Source: an uncultured Acidimicrobiales bacterium (GTDB taxonomy: Bacteria; Actinomycetota; Acidimicrobiia; Acidimicrobiales; DATKAS01). Taken from it: a stretch of DNA of 64,000 nt. The position numbers were made by a program, and so were the translations under genes. Shown here piece after piece: positions 53,664-64,000 of this stretch. The stretch lies in the NCBI GenBank assembly GCA_963747215.1, contig CAVVET010000040.1, positions 47,572 through 111,571 on the forward strand, read 5' to 3'. Every line of letters begins with the position of its first letter. Position 1 is the first letter of the stretch. The notes below the pieces were generated by a model. It did not search any database, was not told where the DNA came from, and saw only the letters and a program-made list of their open reading frames with translations.

Positions 53664-54461
53664 TCAGGGGAGCTGTCCGACGAGCTCCGGGCGGTACTCG
53701 AGCTGCTGCAACATGGGGCGACCGGCAGGCTGCCACGACGGCAGGAGCGCGCGGCGATGGCGCCCCGACGTGTTCGGCGACGAGCGGTGCACGAGGTAGG
53801 CGCCGAACCAGATCACCGATCCGGCCGCGACCTCGATCACTCGCTCGCTCACCGCGTCGATCGCAGTGGGGTCGGTGAGGAAGCGAGTGGGGTCCTCAGG
53901 ATTGCGGCGTACGGGTCCGAGCTTGTGTGAGCCGGGCACCACCCGCACTGCGCCGTTGTCTCTGTCGGCGTCGTCGAGGAACACGATGGCGGTGACGACG
54001 TCGGCCGCTTCCAGCCCGGCCGCGCAGTACCAGTAAGGGAAGTCCTGGTGGAACGGGAACTCGCTGCCCTCGCGGGCCCTCTTGAAGTTGAGCTTCGACG
54101 TGAAGGGGGACAGGCCGTCGACACCGAGCATCTCGCTTGCGGGAGTCGTCAACCGGCCGTCGGCGAACAGGGCTTCGATGCGCTCGTCGAGGTGGTGCGC
54201 AGGTTCGAGCAGTCGGATCTGACGCGAGCCCTCGGCCCACTCCCATTGGATCGCGGTCTTCGAAGAGAACTGGATGCGATGACCGTCGCCGAGGTGATCG
54301 GCCGGACGCGCCTCTGGTCGCTCGGCGCGTGCTGTCACGGTCGCGGCGACCTCCTCCACCACCTCGATCAGTGCCCTGACCTCGTCGCGGCTCAGGACGG
54401 CTTCGCGCAGGAGGTAGCCGTCTCGCTCGGTGGCCTCGTACTCGGCTGCGGTCAGATTCAC
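53664..54461 (-). CDS. Phytanoyl-CoA dioxygenase family Fe(II)/2OG enzyme
   Basis: RDGYL, SKLNFK, FHQD, NGAVRVVPGSH, HRSSPN. Confidence 0.9.
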   Translation of the reverse strand: MNLTAAEYEATERDGYLLREAVLSRDEVRALIEVVEEVAATVTARAERPEARPADHLGDGHRIQFSSKTAIQWEWAEGSRQIRLLEPAHHLDERIEALFADGRLTTPASEMLGVDGLSPFTSKLNFKRAREGSEFPFHQDFPYWYCAAGLEAADVVTAIVFLDDADRDNGAVRVVPGSHKLGPVRRNPEDPTRFLTDPTAIDAVSERVIEVAAGSVIWFGAYLVHRSSPNTSGRHRRALLPSWQPAGRPMLQQLEYRPELVGQLP

Positions 54462-54509
54462 GCCGTCATCTTGGCCCGTCACTTGCGCGGGAGAAGCAAG
54501 GCGGGTTGA

Positions 54510-54534
54510 ATACCCGACTAACTTGATCAACTTT
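54510..54534. promoter_or_regulatory. Rrf2 (IscR/CymR-like) binding site
   Basis: ATACCCGACTAACTTGATCAACTTT matches 21/25 positions of the IscR type-1 consensus ATASYYGACTRwwwYAGTCRRSTAT (consensus from recall). Confidence 0.55.
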
Positions 54535-54545
54535 ATAGGAGATTC

Positions 54546-55634
54546 GTGACCGTAATCCTCCCTCGTAGGAAGAACGTCCTGGTCATCGCCCTGGTCCTGG
54601 GGTTGCTGGCGGTCGCCGCGGGGTGCGGAGGCGACGACAGCGCGTCCGCGACGGGCACCGACCCCGGCGGCGCCGGGTCAGGGGAGGCCGTGACGCTGCG
54701 CCTCGGCTACTTCGCCAACGTCACGCACGCGACGCCGCTCGTGGGGGTCTCGGAGGGTCTCTACGAGGAGGCGCTCGGCGCCAACGTCACGCTCGAGACG
54801 GCGATCTTCAATGCCGGTCCGGCTGAGATCGAGGCGCTGTTCGCCGAGGCAATCGACGCGGGCTACATCGGTCCGAACCCGGCGGTGAACGGCTTCGTGC
54901 AGTCGAACGGCGAAGCGCTGCGCATCGTCTCGGGGGCGACGTCGGGCGGCGCGTTCCTCGTCGTGAAGCCCGGCATCACGTCGGCGGCGGACCTTGCGGG
55001 CAAGGTGCTCGCCACGCCCTCGCTCGGCAACACGCAAGACGTCGCCTTGCGCGCGTACCTGAAGGAAAACGGGCTGACCGCGGACACGAGCGGGGGAGGA
55101 GACGTGTCGATCCGTCCGCAGGAGAATGCCGCCACGCTCGACGCGTTCAAGGCCGGCGAAATCGACGGCGCGTGGGTGCCCGAGCCGTGGGCGACTCGGC
55201 TCGTGATCGAAGGCGGAGGTGAAGTGCTCGTCGACGAAGCCGACCTCTGGCCCGACGGACGGTTCACCACCACCGTGCTGATCGTGAGCACGAGCTTCCT
55301 CGACGACCATCCCGACGTCGTGAAGCGCCTCATCGAGGGCCACATCGCGACCGAGCAGTTCATCGATGCGAACGAGGCCGAAGCGCAGACCATCGTGAAC
55401 GACCAGATCGAGGCGATCACCGAGAAGCGCATGAACGACGAGGTGCTCACCAGCGCGTGGCCCCACCTCGAGTTCACGAACGACCCGGTCGCCTCGTCGG
55501 TCCTGCAATCAGCGACAAACGCGGCCGACGTCGGCCTGCTGCCCGAGGTGCCCGACCTCACAGACCTCTTCGACCTCACGTTGCTGAACGAGGTGCTGGC
55601 GTCCGAGGGTGCACCGGCGGTGTCGGGCCTGTAG
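54546..55634 (+). CDS. SsuA/NitT/TauT-family ABC substrate-binding lipoprotein
   Basis: Lipobox AAGC, LRLGYFANVTHA, YIGPNPA, LGNTQDVALR, AWVPEPW. Confidence 0.9.
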   Translation: MTVILPRRKNVLVIALVLGLLAVAAGCGGDDSASATGTDPGGAGSGEAVTLRLGYFANVTHATPLVGVSEGLYEEALGANVTLETAIFNAGPAEIEALFAEAIDAGYIGPNPAVNGFVQSNGEALRIVSGATSGGAFLVVKPGITSAADLAGKVLATPSLGNTQDVALRAYLKENGLTADTSGGGDVSIRPQENAATLDAFKAGEIDGAWVPEPWATRLVIEGGGEVLVDEADLWPDGRFTTTVLIVSTSFLDDHPDVVKRLIEGHIATEQFIDANEAEAQTIVNDQIEAITEKRMNDEVLTSAWPHLEFTNDPVASSVLQSATNAADVGLLPEVPDLTDLFDLTLLNEVLASEGAPAVSGL

Positions 55635-55643
55635 CGCTTCGCG

Positions 55644-55682
55644 CTCGGTCGCGACGATGGGGCTACCGTCGTCGCGACCGAG
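55644..55682 (+). terminator. 17-bp stem hairpin after the binding protein
   Basis: CTCGGTCGCGACGATGG-GGCTA-CCGTCGTCGCGACCGAG. Confidence 0.6.
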
Positions 55683-55718
55683 AGGAGCGCCGATGGCCGA
55701 GAGGAGGCGCCGGTAGCG

Positions 55719-56396
55719 ATGACCGACACGCCCGGACCGCGGATCACGGTCACTCCGAACGGCCCCTACCACGTCGTCGGCGATGTGCCGATGGTCGCCA
55801 AGGCGCACGTCGAGACCGAGCTCGGCGAGCCGATCGCGTGGACAGCTGGTCCTGAGCTCGCGCACAAGGCTCGCTACGCGCTGTGCCGATGCGGGCAATC
55901 GGGGCGAAAGCCGTTCTGTGACGGGACACACCTTCGGGTGGCGTTCGAGGCCGACGACGCGGTCCGCGAACGGCACGCCACGGAGTACCCGGGTACCGGC
56001 GTGACCCTCCTCGACGACCGTGACGTGTGCGTCCACGCCGGATTCTGCGGCACCACGGTCACGAACGTCTGGAAGATGGTGCGCAAGGCCGACGACACCA
56101 CGGTTCGATCGATGTTGGTCGCGATGGTGGAGCGGTGCCCATCGGGCGCGATCACCTACTCGCTCGACGGCGGCGCGACCGAGAACGAACCGCGTCTCCC
56201 CGCGGAGATCGGAGTGAACGTCAACGGGCCCTTGTGGGTCACGGGGGGCATTCCGGTCGAGGTGGGCGACGAAGGGCCGCTCCCGACGCGCAACCGCGTG
56301 GCGCTCTGCCGATGCGGCGCCTCCGACCGCAAGCCGCTGTGCGACGGGAGTCACAAGGCGGTCGGATTCGCAGACGACCCTCGGCCGAGCGAGTAA
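55719..56396 (+). CDS. CDGSH-ferredoxin-CDGSH iron-sulfur protein
   Basis: LCRCGQS..KPFCDGTH, CVHAGFC...CPSGA, LCRCGAS..KPLCDGSH. Confidence 0.92.
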   Translation: MTDTPGPRITVTPNGPYHVVGDVPMVAKAHVETELGEPIAWTAGPELAHKARYALCRCGQSGRKPFCDGTHLRVAFEADDAVRERHATEYPGTGVTLLDDRDVCVHAGFCGTTVTNVWKMVRKADDTTVRSMLVAMVERCPSGAITYSLDGGATENEPRLPAEIGVNVNGPLWVTGGIPVEVGDEGPLPTRNRVALCRCGASDRKPLCDGSHKAVGFADDPRPSE

Positions 56397-56430
56397 GTTC
56401 ACCAATAGAACTCACCGCTTGGGAGGCGTC

Positions 56431-58686
56431 ATGCCCACCGACACGACCGCGGAGTGGCATCAGACCGCGTGCATCTTGTGCAGCGTCAATTGCGGCATCG
56501 AAGTGCGCCTCGATGGGCGGCGCATCGAGCGGGTCCGCGGTGACAAGGCGCATCCCACCTCGCAGGGATACACGTGCGAGAAGGCGTTGCGTCTCGACCA
56601 CTACCAGAACGGTCGCCATCGGCTGACCACTCCGCTTCGCCGGCGCGACGACGGCACGTTCGAAGAAATCGATTGGGACACCGCGATCAGCGAGGTCGCG
56701 GCCCGGCTCGGCGAAGTCCGCGACACGTACGGCGGAGCGTCGATCTTCTACTACGGAGGCGGCGGGCAGGGGAACCATCTCGGCGGCGGTTACGGACGGC
56801 GCGACCCGCAGCGCGCTCGGCATCACGTACAGCTCGAACGCGTTGGCGCAGGAGAAGACCGGCGAGTTCTGGGTGGATGGCCAGCTCTTCGGCCGGCCCC
56901 GGTGCCACACCACCGGTGACTACGAGCACGCCGAGGTGGCGGTGTTCGTCGGCAAGAACCCGTGGCAATCGCACGGCTTCCCTCGCGCTCGCACGGTGCT
57001 CAAGGCGATCGCCAACGATCCGGATCGCGCGCTCGTGGTCATCGACCCTCGACGCAGCGAGACGGCCGAGCTCGCCGACTTCCACCTGCAGGTGCGCCCC
57101 GGCACCGACGCCTGGTGCCTCGGAGCACTGCTCGCCGTGCTCGTCGAGGAGGACCTCGTCGACCGAGCGTGGCTCGCGGCGCACGCCAACGGGCTGGACG
57201 AGCTCACGACCCACCTGGCCAAGGTGCCGATCGCCGAGTCGTGCGCGGTCGCCGGGGTCTCGGAGGACGACGTGCGGGCAGTCGCCCGGCGGCTCGCCGC
57301 GGCCTCGAGTGTCTCGATCTACGAAGACCTCGGCATCCAGCAGGCGCCATACAGCACGCTGAACTCCTACCTCGAGAAGCTCGTCTACCTGCTCACGGGC
57401 AACTTCGCGAAGCGCGGAGCGATGAACATCCACTCCCGGTTCGCCAGCCTCGGCGGTGGTGGCAAGGGCGGGGGCGACCGTCGCAGTCCTGTGGGTGGGC
57501 ATCGCATCATCACCGGCCTCGTCCCGAGCGCGGCGATCCCCGACGAGATCCTCACCGACCATCCGGATCGTTTCCGGGCGATGCTCATCGAGAGCTCGAA
57601 CCCGGTCCACTCCCTGCCCGACAGCGCGCGCATGCGCGAAGCACTCGCGGCGCTCGACTGCGTCGTCGTGATCGACGTCGCGATGACCGAGACGGCGCGC
57701 TGCGCGGATTACGTGCTTCCCGCGGCGTCGCAGTACGAGAAGTGGGAGGCGACGTTCTTCACGCTCGAGTTCCCCGAGAACGTCGTTCCAGCTGCGGGCG
57801 CCGATCTTCGACGCGTTGCCGGGCACGCTTGCCCGAACCCGAGATCCACCGGCGGCTGACACGTGCGCTCGGTGCTTACACCGACGACGATCTCGTCGAG
57901 CTGCACGCCGCGGCGGCCCAGGGCCGGGCGGCGTTCGCTGACGCGTTCCTCGATGCGATGGTCGAGAAGCCGCATCTCGCGTCGCTGGCCCCCGTCGTGC
58001 TGTACGAGACGTTCGGTCCGACGCTCGGCGAGGGCCGCGAGGGCGCCGCCGCGGTCTGGGGCCTCGCGCAGACGTGCCTGCTCGGCCAGGCTGACTCGGT
58101 GCAGCGGGCGGGCTACACGAGCGGCGACGACCTCTTCGACGCGATGCTCGCCAACCCGTCGGGTGTGGTCTTCACGGTCGACGACTACGAGGAGACCTGG
58201 CGCCGCCTCGACACTCCCGACGGCAAGATCAACCTCGTGGTGCCTGACCTGCTCGAAGAGCTCTCGTCGCTGCCGCCCGAGGTCGAGGTCGACGCGGAGT
58301 TTCCGTTCGTGCTCTCCGCCGGCGAGCGGCGCTCGTCGACCGCGAACACGATCTTTCGCGATCCGTCCTGGAGGAAGAAGGACGGCGGCGCCGCGCTTCG
58401 CATCCACCCGAGCGACGCGGCCTCAGTGGGCGTGGAGGCGGGCGGTGTCGTGCGGGTCGTCACCCGGCGCGGTGCAGTCGAGGCTCCGGTCGAGATCACC
58501 GACGCGATGCAACCCGGCCACGTGAGCCTGCCGAACGGCCTCGGCCTCGCCTCCCACGACGACGACGGCAACGCAACGGTCGACGGCGCGGCGCCGAACG
58601 AGCTCACGTCGGGCGACGATCGCGACTGGCTCGCCGGCACCCCGTGGCACAAGCACGTACGGGCCCGGCTCGAGGCGGTTGCCTGA
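56431..58686 (+). CDS. Molybdopterin (bis-MGD) oxidoreductase (frameshifts ~56800, ~57790-57830)
   Basis: CILCSVNCG...CEK Fe-S motif, GGGGQGNH, VVIDPR, TETARCADYVLPAASQYEK, C-terminal IHPSDA. Confidence 0.92.
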
Positions 58687-58688
58687 CC

Positions 58689-59138
58689 ATGCGCAGGACC
58701 CGCTTCGACGACTGGCCGTGCCCGATCGCGCGGACCACCGACCTCATCGGGGATTGGTGGACGCCGCTCGTGCTCCGCGACGCGTTCGCCGGCGTGCGTC
58801 GTTTCGACGATTTCGTCGCCGACCTCGGCATCCCTCGAGCCGTGCTGACCGCGCGCCTCGATCGGCTGGTCGAGGAGGGGATGCTCGAGCGGGTCGCGTA
58901 CGAGGAGCGCCCGCCCCGCTACGAGTATCAGCTCACGGACAAGGGCCGCGCGTTCTGGGATGTGCTCGCGGCGATGTGGCGATGGGGTGAGGACTGGTTG
59001 TGGCCCGACGGCGTCGCGCCGCCGGTCAAGCTCGTGGATCGGGAAAGTGGCGCCGACATCCATCCCCTGGTGGTCGACGAGCGCACCGGCCAACGCCTCG
59101 ACATCCGCCGCACCAAGATCCGCCGCCGCGAGCCGTAG
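58689..59138 (+). CDS. HxlR-family winged-helix regulator
   Basis: CPIART.DLIGDWWT.LVLRD, RRFDDF, YEYQLTDKG. Confidence 0.92.
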   Translation: MRRTRFDDWPCPIARTTDLIGDWWTPLVLRDAFAGVRRFDDFVADLGIPRAVLTARLDRLVEEGMLERVAYEERPPRYEYQLTDKGRAFWDVLAAMWRWGEDWLWPDGVAPPVKLVDRESGADIHPLVVDERTGQRLDIRRTKIRRREP

Positions 59139-59151
59139 GCGAAATCGAGCC

Positions 59152-59931
59152 TCAGCGGCCGTTGTCGGAGAAGTGCTGGTAGTCCTTCAGCGTCTTCCAG
59201 TCGCCGCCCCACTCCCAGCCGATCGAGCGGAACGCTCGCACCACGACGTCGTTCGGCATGATCATCCCCGGCTTGACGTTGCCACGGTCGAGGTACGCCG
59301 TCGCGAGCTCGGGGAGCACCACGTCGCCCTTCACGTACGGGTTGTGAAACGGGTTCACGTCGATCGCCAAGCCATACACGTGCCGCGACCAGGTCGTCGT
59401 GCTGCCGGTCGACGGACGGCACGCGAACGACGCCGTGTCGTTGCCGTCGCCCGTCGGCGGTGCGGACATCTCGGCGGCGCGCGGGATCCGCATCTCCTCG
59501 ATCGGGAAGCGCGCCACGTGCAGCTGCCGGAAGACCTCGACCATGCCCGCCGCGGCGCTCGCGTGGACGAGCAGCTCGCCCGTGTGGAACTTCCCGTCGA
59601 AACCGACGAACGAGACCTTCACGTAGCGCAGATCGGCGAGTGCAACGGGGCAGGCCGGATTCCACGTCGACCGCGCCGCGACCAGCAGGGAGACCGGCTC
59701 GATCGACGACTCGAAGCCATCTCCCGCGGGAGGCGGCAGGTCGCTCACGGTGACGAGACGGCGATCGACGAGCTCCGGCGGCGTCGGCTGCGCGGCCACG
59801 AAGCCGTTCGGGCCGACCGGTAGCGCTCGGGTGCCGAGCCACGCCGGTCGCTGGTGCGCGCAGGCGGCGCACAGGGCCACGGCCGCGAGCGCGAGAGCGA
59901 AGGCACCCGAGCGGCGGAGACGGCGTGGCAC
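59152..59931 (-). CDS. M15-family metallopeptidase lipoprotein
   Basis: Lipobox LCAAC, SRHVYGLAIDVNP, WGGDW..LKDYQHF. Confidence 0.88.
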   Translation of the reverse strand: MPRRLRRSGAFALALAAVALCAACAHQRPAWLGTRALPVGPNGFVAAQPTPPELVDRRLVTVSDLPPPAGDGFESSIEPVSLLVAARSTWNPACPVALADLRYVKVSFVGFDGKFHTGELLVHASAAAGMVEVFRQLHVARFPIEEMRIPRAAEMSAPPTGDGNDTASFACRPSTGSTTTWSRHVYGLAIDVNPFHNPYVKGDVVLPELATAYLDRGNVKPGMIMPNDVVVRAFRSIGWEWGGDWKTLKDYQHFSDNGR

Positions 59932-60031
59932 CCCTCGACGGTAACCCCGCGTGGCCAGCGCCCCACGGTCAGTCCTGCGGTGTTGCCGGCTTCGCGCTTC
60001 ATTCCTTCTCACCGGGCCTCTCCCGTGTCAT

Positions 60032-60071
60032 ACTGACTCACCAGTCAGTTTCAACTGATGAGTCAGTCAGA
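60032..60071. promoter_or_regulatory. Tandem palindromic operators
   Basis: ACTGACT-CACC-AGTCAGT (perfect) and ACTGATG-AGTC-AGTCAGA. Confidence 0.6.
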
Positions 60072-60119
60072 CAGGGGTTGGTTCCCATGGCACTCCTCGC
60101 TGATGCCGCGAGGGTTTCG

Positions 60120-60312
60120 ATGACGCTCGATGACCTCATCGAGCGGGAGGAGCGGGCTTTTCTCGCCCGTCAGCCGGCGTCGGCGGCCCGGGCGAGTCGG
60201 GCGCGAGGCGTGCTCGCCGGCGGCGCGACGTCGAGCTGGATGATCAGCCGGCCGGCGCCGATCTGGGTGAGTCACGGGCAGGGATCCCACATCTGGGACG
60301 TCGACAAGACGA
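60120..60312 (+). CDS. Class III aminotransferase (GSA-aminomutase-like), 5' part only, cut at the fold-back junction
   Basis: LAGGATSSW...PIWVSHGQGSHIWDVD; the following GTEY survives only on the inverted arm. Confidence 0.75.
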
Positions 60313-60314
60313 CG

Positions 60315-63300
60315 TGGAGACGTACTCGGTGCCATCAACGTCCCAGAATGTGGGATCCCTGCCGTAGCTCACCCAGATCAGAACCTCGGCCGGCTGATCA
60401 TCCAGCTCAAACATCACGCCGCCGGCGAGCACGCCTCGCGCCCAACTGGCCCGGCCACCAACGCCCATGACGGGCAAGAAAACCACTACCTCCCGCTCGA
60501 TGAGGTCATCAAGCATCATGGAAAGGCATCAGCAAGGAGTGCCATGGGAACCAACCCCTGTCTGACTGACTCATCAGTTGGATACTGACTGGTGAGTCAG
60601 TATGACACGGGAGCAGCCGGTGAGAAGGAATGAAGCGGGAAGCCGCAACGCCGCAGGACTGACCGTGGGGCGCTGGCCACGCGGGGTTACCGTACGAGGG
60701 GTGCCACGCCATCTCCGCCGCTCGGGTGCCTTCGCTCTCACGCTCGCGACCATGGCCCTGTGCGCCGCCTGCGCGCACCCAGCGACCGGCGTGGCTCGGC
60801 GGCTAGCCGGTCGCCCGACGGATCACGGGCCACGCAGCCGACGCCGCCGGAGCTCGTCGATCGCCGTGCTGCTCACCGTCAGCGACTTGCCACTCCGGCG
60901 GGAGATGTCTTCGAGTCTTCGATCGAGCCGGTCTCCCTGTCGGTCACGGCCGCCGGTTCGAGCAGTCATCCGGCCTGCCCCGTTGCGGCTGGCAAGGCCG
61001 ATCTGCGGCCTACGTGAAGGTCTCGTTCGTTCGACGGGAAGCCCCACACGGGCGAAGCCCTCGTCCACGCGAGCGCTGCGGCGGGTCGAGTCCGGCAGCT
61101 GCACGCGGCGTGTTTCCCGATCGAGGAGATGCGGATCCCACCGCGCCGCCGAGATGTCCGCACCGCCGACGGGCGACGGCAACGACACGGCGTCGTTCGC
61201 GTGCCGTCCGTCGACCGGCAGCACGACCTGGTCACGGCACACGTATCGCTTGGCGATCGACGTGAACCCGTTTCACAACCCGACTACGTGAAGGGCGACG
61301 TGGTGCTCCCGACTTGCACGACGGCGTACCTCGATCGCGGCAAAGTCAGAGCCGGGCGTCCGAACGACGTCGTGGTGCGAGCGTTCCGCTCGATCGGCTG
61401 GGAGTGGGGCGGCGACTGGAGGCGCTTGAAGGACTACCAGCCTCTCCGACAACGGCCGCTGAGGCTCCGTTCGCCTACGGCTCGCGGCGGCGGATCTTGG
61501 TGCGGCGGACGTCGAGGCGTTGGCCGGTGCGCTCGTCGACCACCAGGGGATGGATGTCGGCGCCACTCTCCCGGGTGCCGAGCTTGACCGGCGGCGCGAC
61601 GCCGTCGGGCCACGACCAGGTCCTCAGCCCCATCGCCACATCGGCCACGACGTCCCCAGAACACACAACCCTTGTCCGTGCAAGCTGATACTCGTAGCGG
61701 GGCGGCGGCTGTAAGTACACGACCCGCTGGAGCAGGTCCTCCTCGACCAGCCGATCGAGCGGCACGGTGAGCACAGCTACGAAGGGATGCCGATGGCGAC
61801 GAAATCGTCGAAACGACGCACGCCGGCGAAGGCGACGGCGGAGCACGAGCGGCGTCCACCAATGCGGTGGGGTCAGTGCCATCCGCGCGATCGGGCACGG
61901 CCAGTGGTCAAAAACGGGTCCTGCGCATGGTCAGGCAACCGCCTCGACCAGGGCACGTACGTGCTTGTGCCACGGGGTCCCGGCGAGCCAGGCTCGCGAT
62001 CGTCGCCCGACGTGAGCTCGTTCGGCGCCGCGCCGTCGACCGTTGCGTTGCCGTCGTCGTCGTGGGAGGCGAGGCCGAGGCCGTTCGGCAGGCTCACGTG
62101 GCCGGGCGGCGATCTCGACCGGAGCCTCAACTGCGCCACGGCCATGTGGACGACCGGCGCCCGACCCCGCCCGCCTCCACGCCCACTGAGGCCGCGTCGG
62201 CTGCGGGATGCGAACGCAGGCGCCGCCGTCCTTCTTCCTCCAGGACGGATCACGAAGATCGTGTTCGCCGTCGACGAGCGCCGCTCGCCGGAGCGGAGAG
62301 CACGAAGGAAACTCCACGTCGACCTCGACCTCGGGCGGCAGCGACGAGGACTTCTTCGAGCAGGTCAGGCACCACGAGGTTGACTACTTGCCGTCGGGAG
62401 TGTCGAGGCGGCGCAGGGCTCCGCCTCGTAGTCGTCGACCGTGTGAAGACCACACCCGACGGGTTGGCAAGCATCACGTCGAAGAGGTCGTCGCCGCTCG
62501 TGTAGCCCGCCCGCTGCACCGAGTCAGCCTGGCCGAGCAGGCGCGTCTACGCGAGGCCCCAGACCGCGGCAGCGCCTCACGGCCCTCGCCGACGTCGGAC
62601 CGAACGTCTCGTACAGCACAACGGGGGCCAGCGACCGCGAGATGCGGCTTCTGGACCGTGCACAAGGAACGCGTGCACGAAGCACCACCCCCGGCCCTGG
62701 GCCGCCGCGGCGTGCAGCTCGACGAGATCGTCGTCGGTGTAAGCACCGAGCGCACGCGTCACCGCCGGTGGATCTCGGGTTCAGGGCAAGGTACCAGCAA
62801 CACGTCGAAGATCGGCGCCCGCAGCTGGAAGCGTTCTCGGGGAACTCGAAGCATGAACGTCGCCTCCGGCTACGTATTGCGACGCCACGGAGAGCGCATG
62901 ATCCACGCAGCGTGCCGTCTCAGTCATCGCGACGTCGATCGCGACAACACGCACTGTCGGGCAGGGAGTGGACCGGGTTCGAGCTCTCGATGAGCATGGC
63001 CGGAAACAAGCCGGATGATCGGTGAGGATCTCGTCGGGGATCGCCCGCGTCGGGACGGACCAGGCCGGTGATGATGCGATGCCCACCCACAGGACTGCGA
63101 CGGTCGCCCCCACCCTTGCCACCACCGCCGAGGCTGGCGAACCAGGGAGTGGATGTTCATCACTACAGGCTTCCGCGAAAAAGTACCCGTGAGCAGGTAC
63201 ACCAGCTTCTGGAGGTAGGAGGATTCGGCGTCCTGTATGGCGCCTGTGGATGCCGAGGTCTTCGTAGATGGACGCTGGAAGGCCTCGGCAAGCCGCCCAG

Positions 63301-64000
63301 CCGCACGTCGTCCTCCGAGAGCCCGGCGACCGCGCACGACTCGGCGATCGGCCCGCCAGGTGGGTCGTGAGCTCGTCCAACCCGTTGGCGTGCGCGAGCC
63401 ACGCTCGTCCACGAGGTCCTCCTCGACGAGCACGGCGAAGCAGCGCTCCCGAGGCCACAGGCGTCCGTGCCGGGGCGCGCCTGCAGGTGGAAGTCGGCGA
63501 GCTCGGCCGTCTCGCTGCGTCGAGGGTCGATGACCACGATGGGATCCGTGGCAATCACCTTGAGCAGGCGTGCGAGCGCGAGGGAAGCCGTGCGACTGCC
63601 ACGGGTTCTTGCCGACGAACACCGCCACCTCGGCGTGCTCGTAGTCACCGGTGGTGTGGCACCGGGGCCGGCCGAAGAGCTGGCCATCCACCCAGAACTC
63701 GCCGGTCTTCTCCTGCGCCAACGCGTTCGAGCTGTAGGTAATCCAGGACCGCGCTGCGGTTGCACCGTCCCCCGTAACCGCCGCCAATGGCTCCCCTGCC
63801 CGCCGCTCCGTAGTAGAAGATGGACGCTCCGCCGTACGTGTCACGGACTCCGCCGAGCAGGGCCACGACCTGTCACTGATCGCGGTGTCCGATCGATTTC
63901 TTCGAACGTGCGGTCGTTGCCGCGCCGGCGAAGCGGAGTGGTCAGCCGATGGCGACCGTTCTGGTAGTGGTCGAGACGCAACGCCTTTTTCGCCGCATCT
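60315..64000 (-). repeat. Noisy inverted duplicate of ~56570-60310 (fold-back artefact)
   Basis: Colinear reverse complement of the aminotransferase, M15, HxlR and Mo-oxidoreductase genes, with dense indels breaking every ORF. Confidence 0.93.

Noticed and set aside
60315-64000. Second copies or pseudogenes of the M15, HxlR and Mo-oxidoreductase genes
   Set aside because: They belong to the noisy fold-back arm and are not independent loci.

Overview
High-GC actinobacterial DNA. The gene content and leaderless gene starts suggest Acidimicrobiia, which is an inference. It appears to be an uncorrected long read or low-coverage assembly, because many conserved genes carry single-base frameshifts. 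Positions 1 to ~60,310 hold about 55 accessory metabolic, detoxification and regulatory genes. These include an arylamine N-acetyltransferase, an orphan CoxL-like Mo hydroxylase subunit, a Gfo/Idh/MocA-GH1-PEP-mobile-domain operon and two ABC exporters (one facing a WYL regulator). There is also a full kdpD-E-(peptide)-F-A-B-C locus, two Baeyer-Villiger monooxygenases, two F420-type LLM oxidoreductases, OsmC plus a flavin monooxygenase, an aminotransferase/omega-amidase operon, a LarA-like protein, and an SsuA-CDGSH-molybdopterin oxidoreductase run. From ~60,315 to the end, the sequence is a much noisier reverse complement of ~56,570-60,310, probably a fold-back read artefact. The best leads are: a 5'-UTR hairpin (loop GCGCUCCAGCA) upstream of osmC resembling the orphan Moco-II RNA motif; an ATP-grasp-less phosphotransferase coupled to a GH1; an unannotated membrane peptide and 11/21-bp phased boxes in the kdp locus; and a ~50-bp palindromic element found twice between convergent genes. 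I saw no rRNA, tRNA, CRISPR array or transposase. All family assignments come from motif recognition, not database searches.
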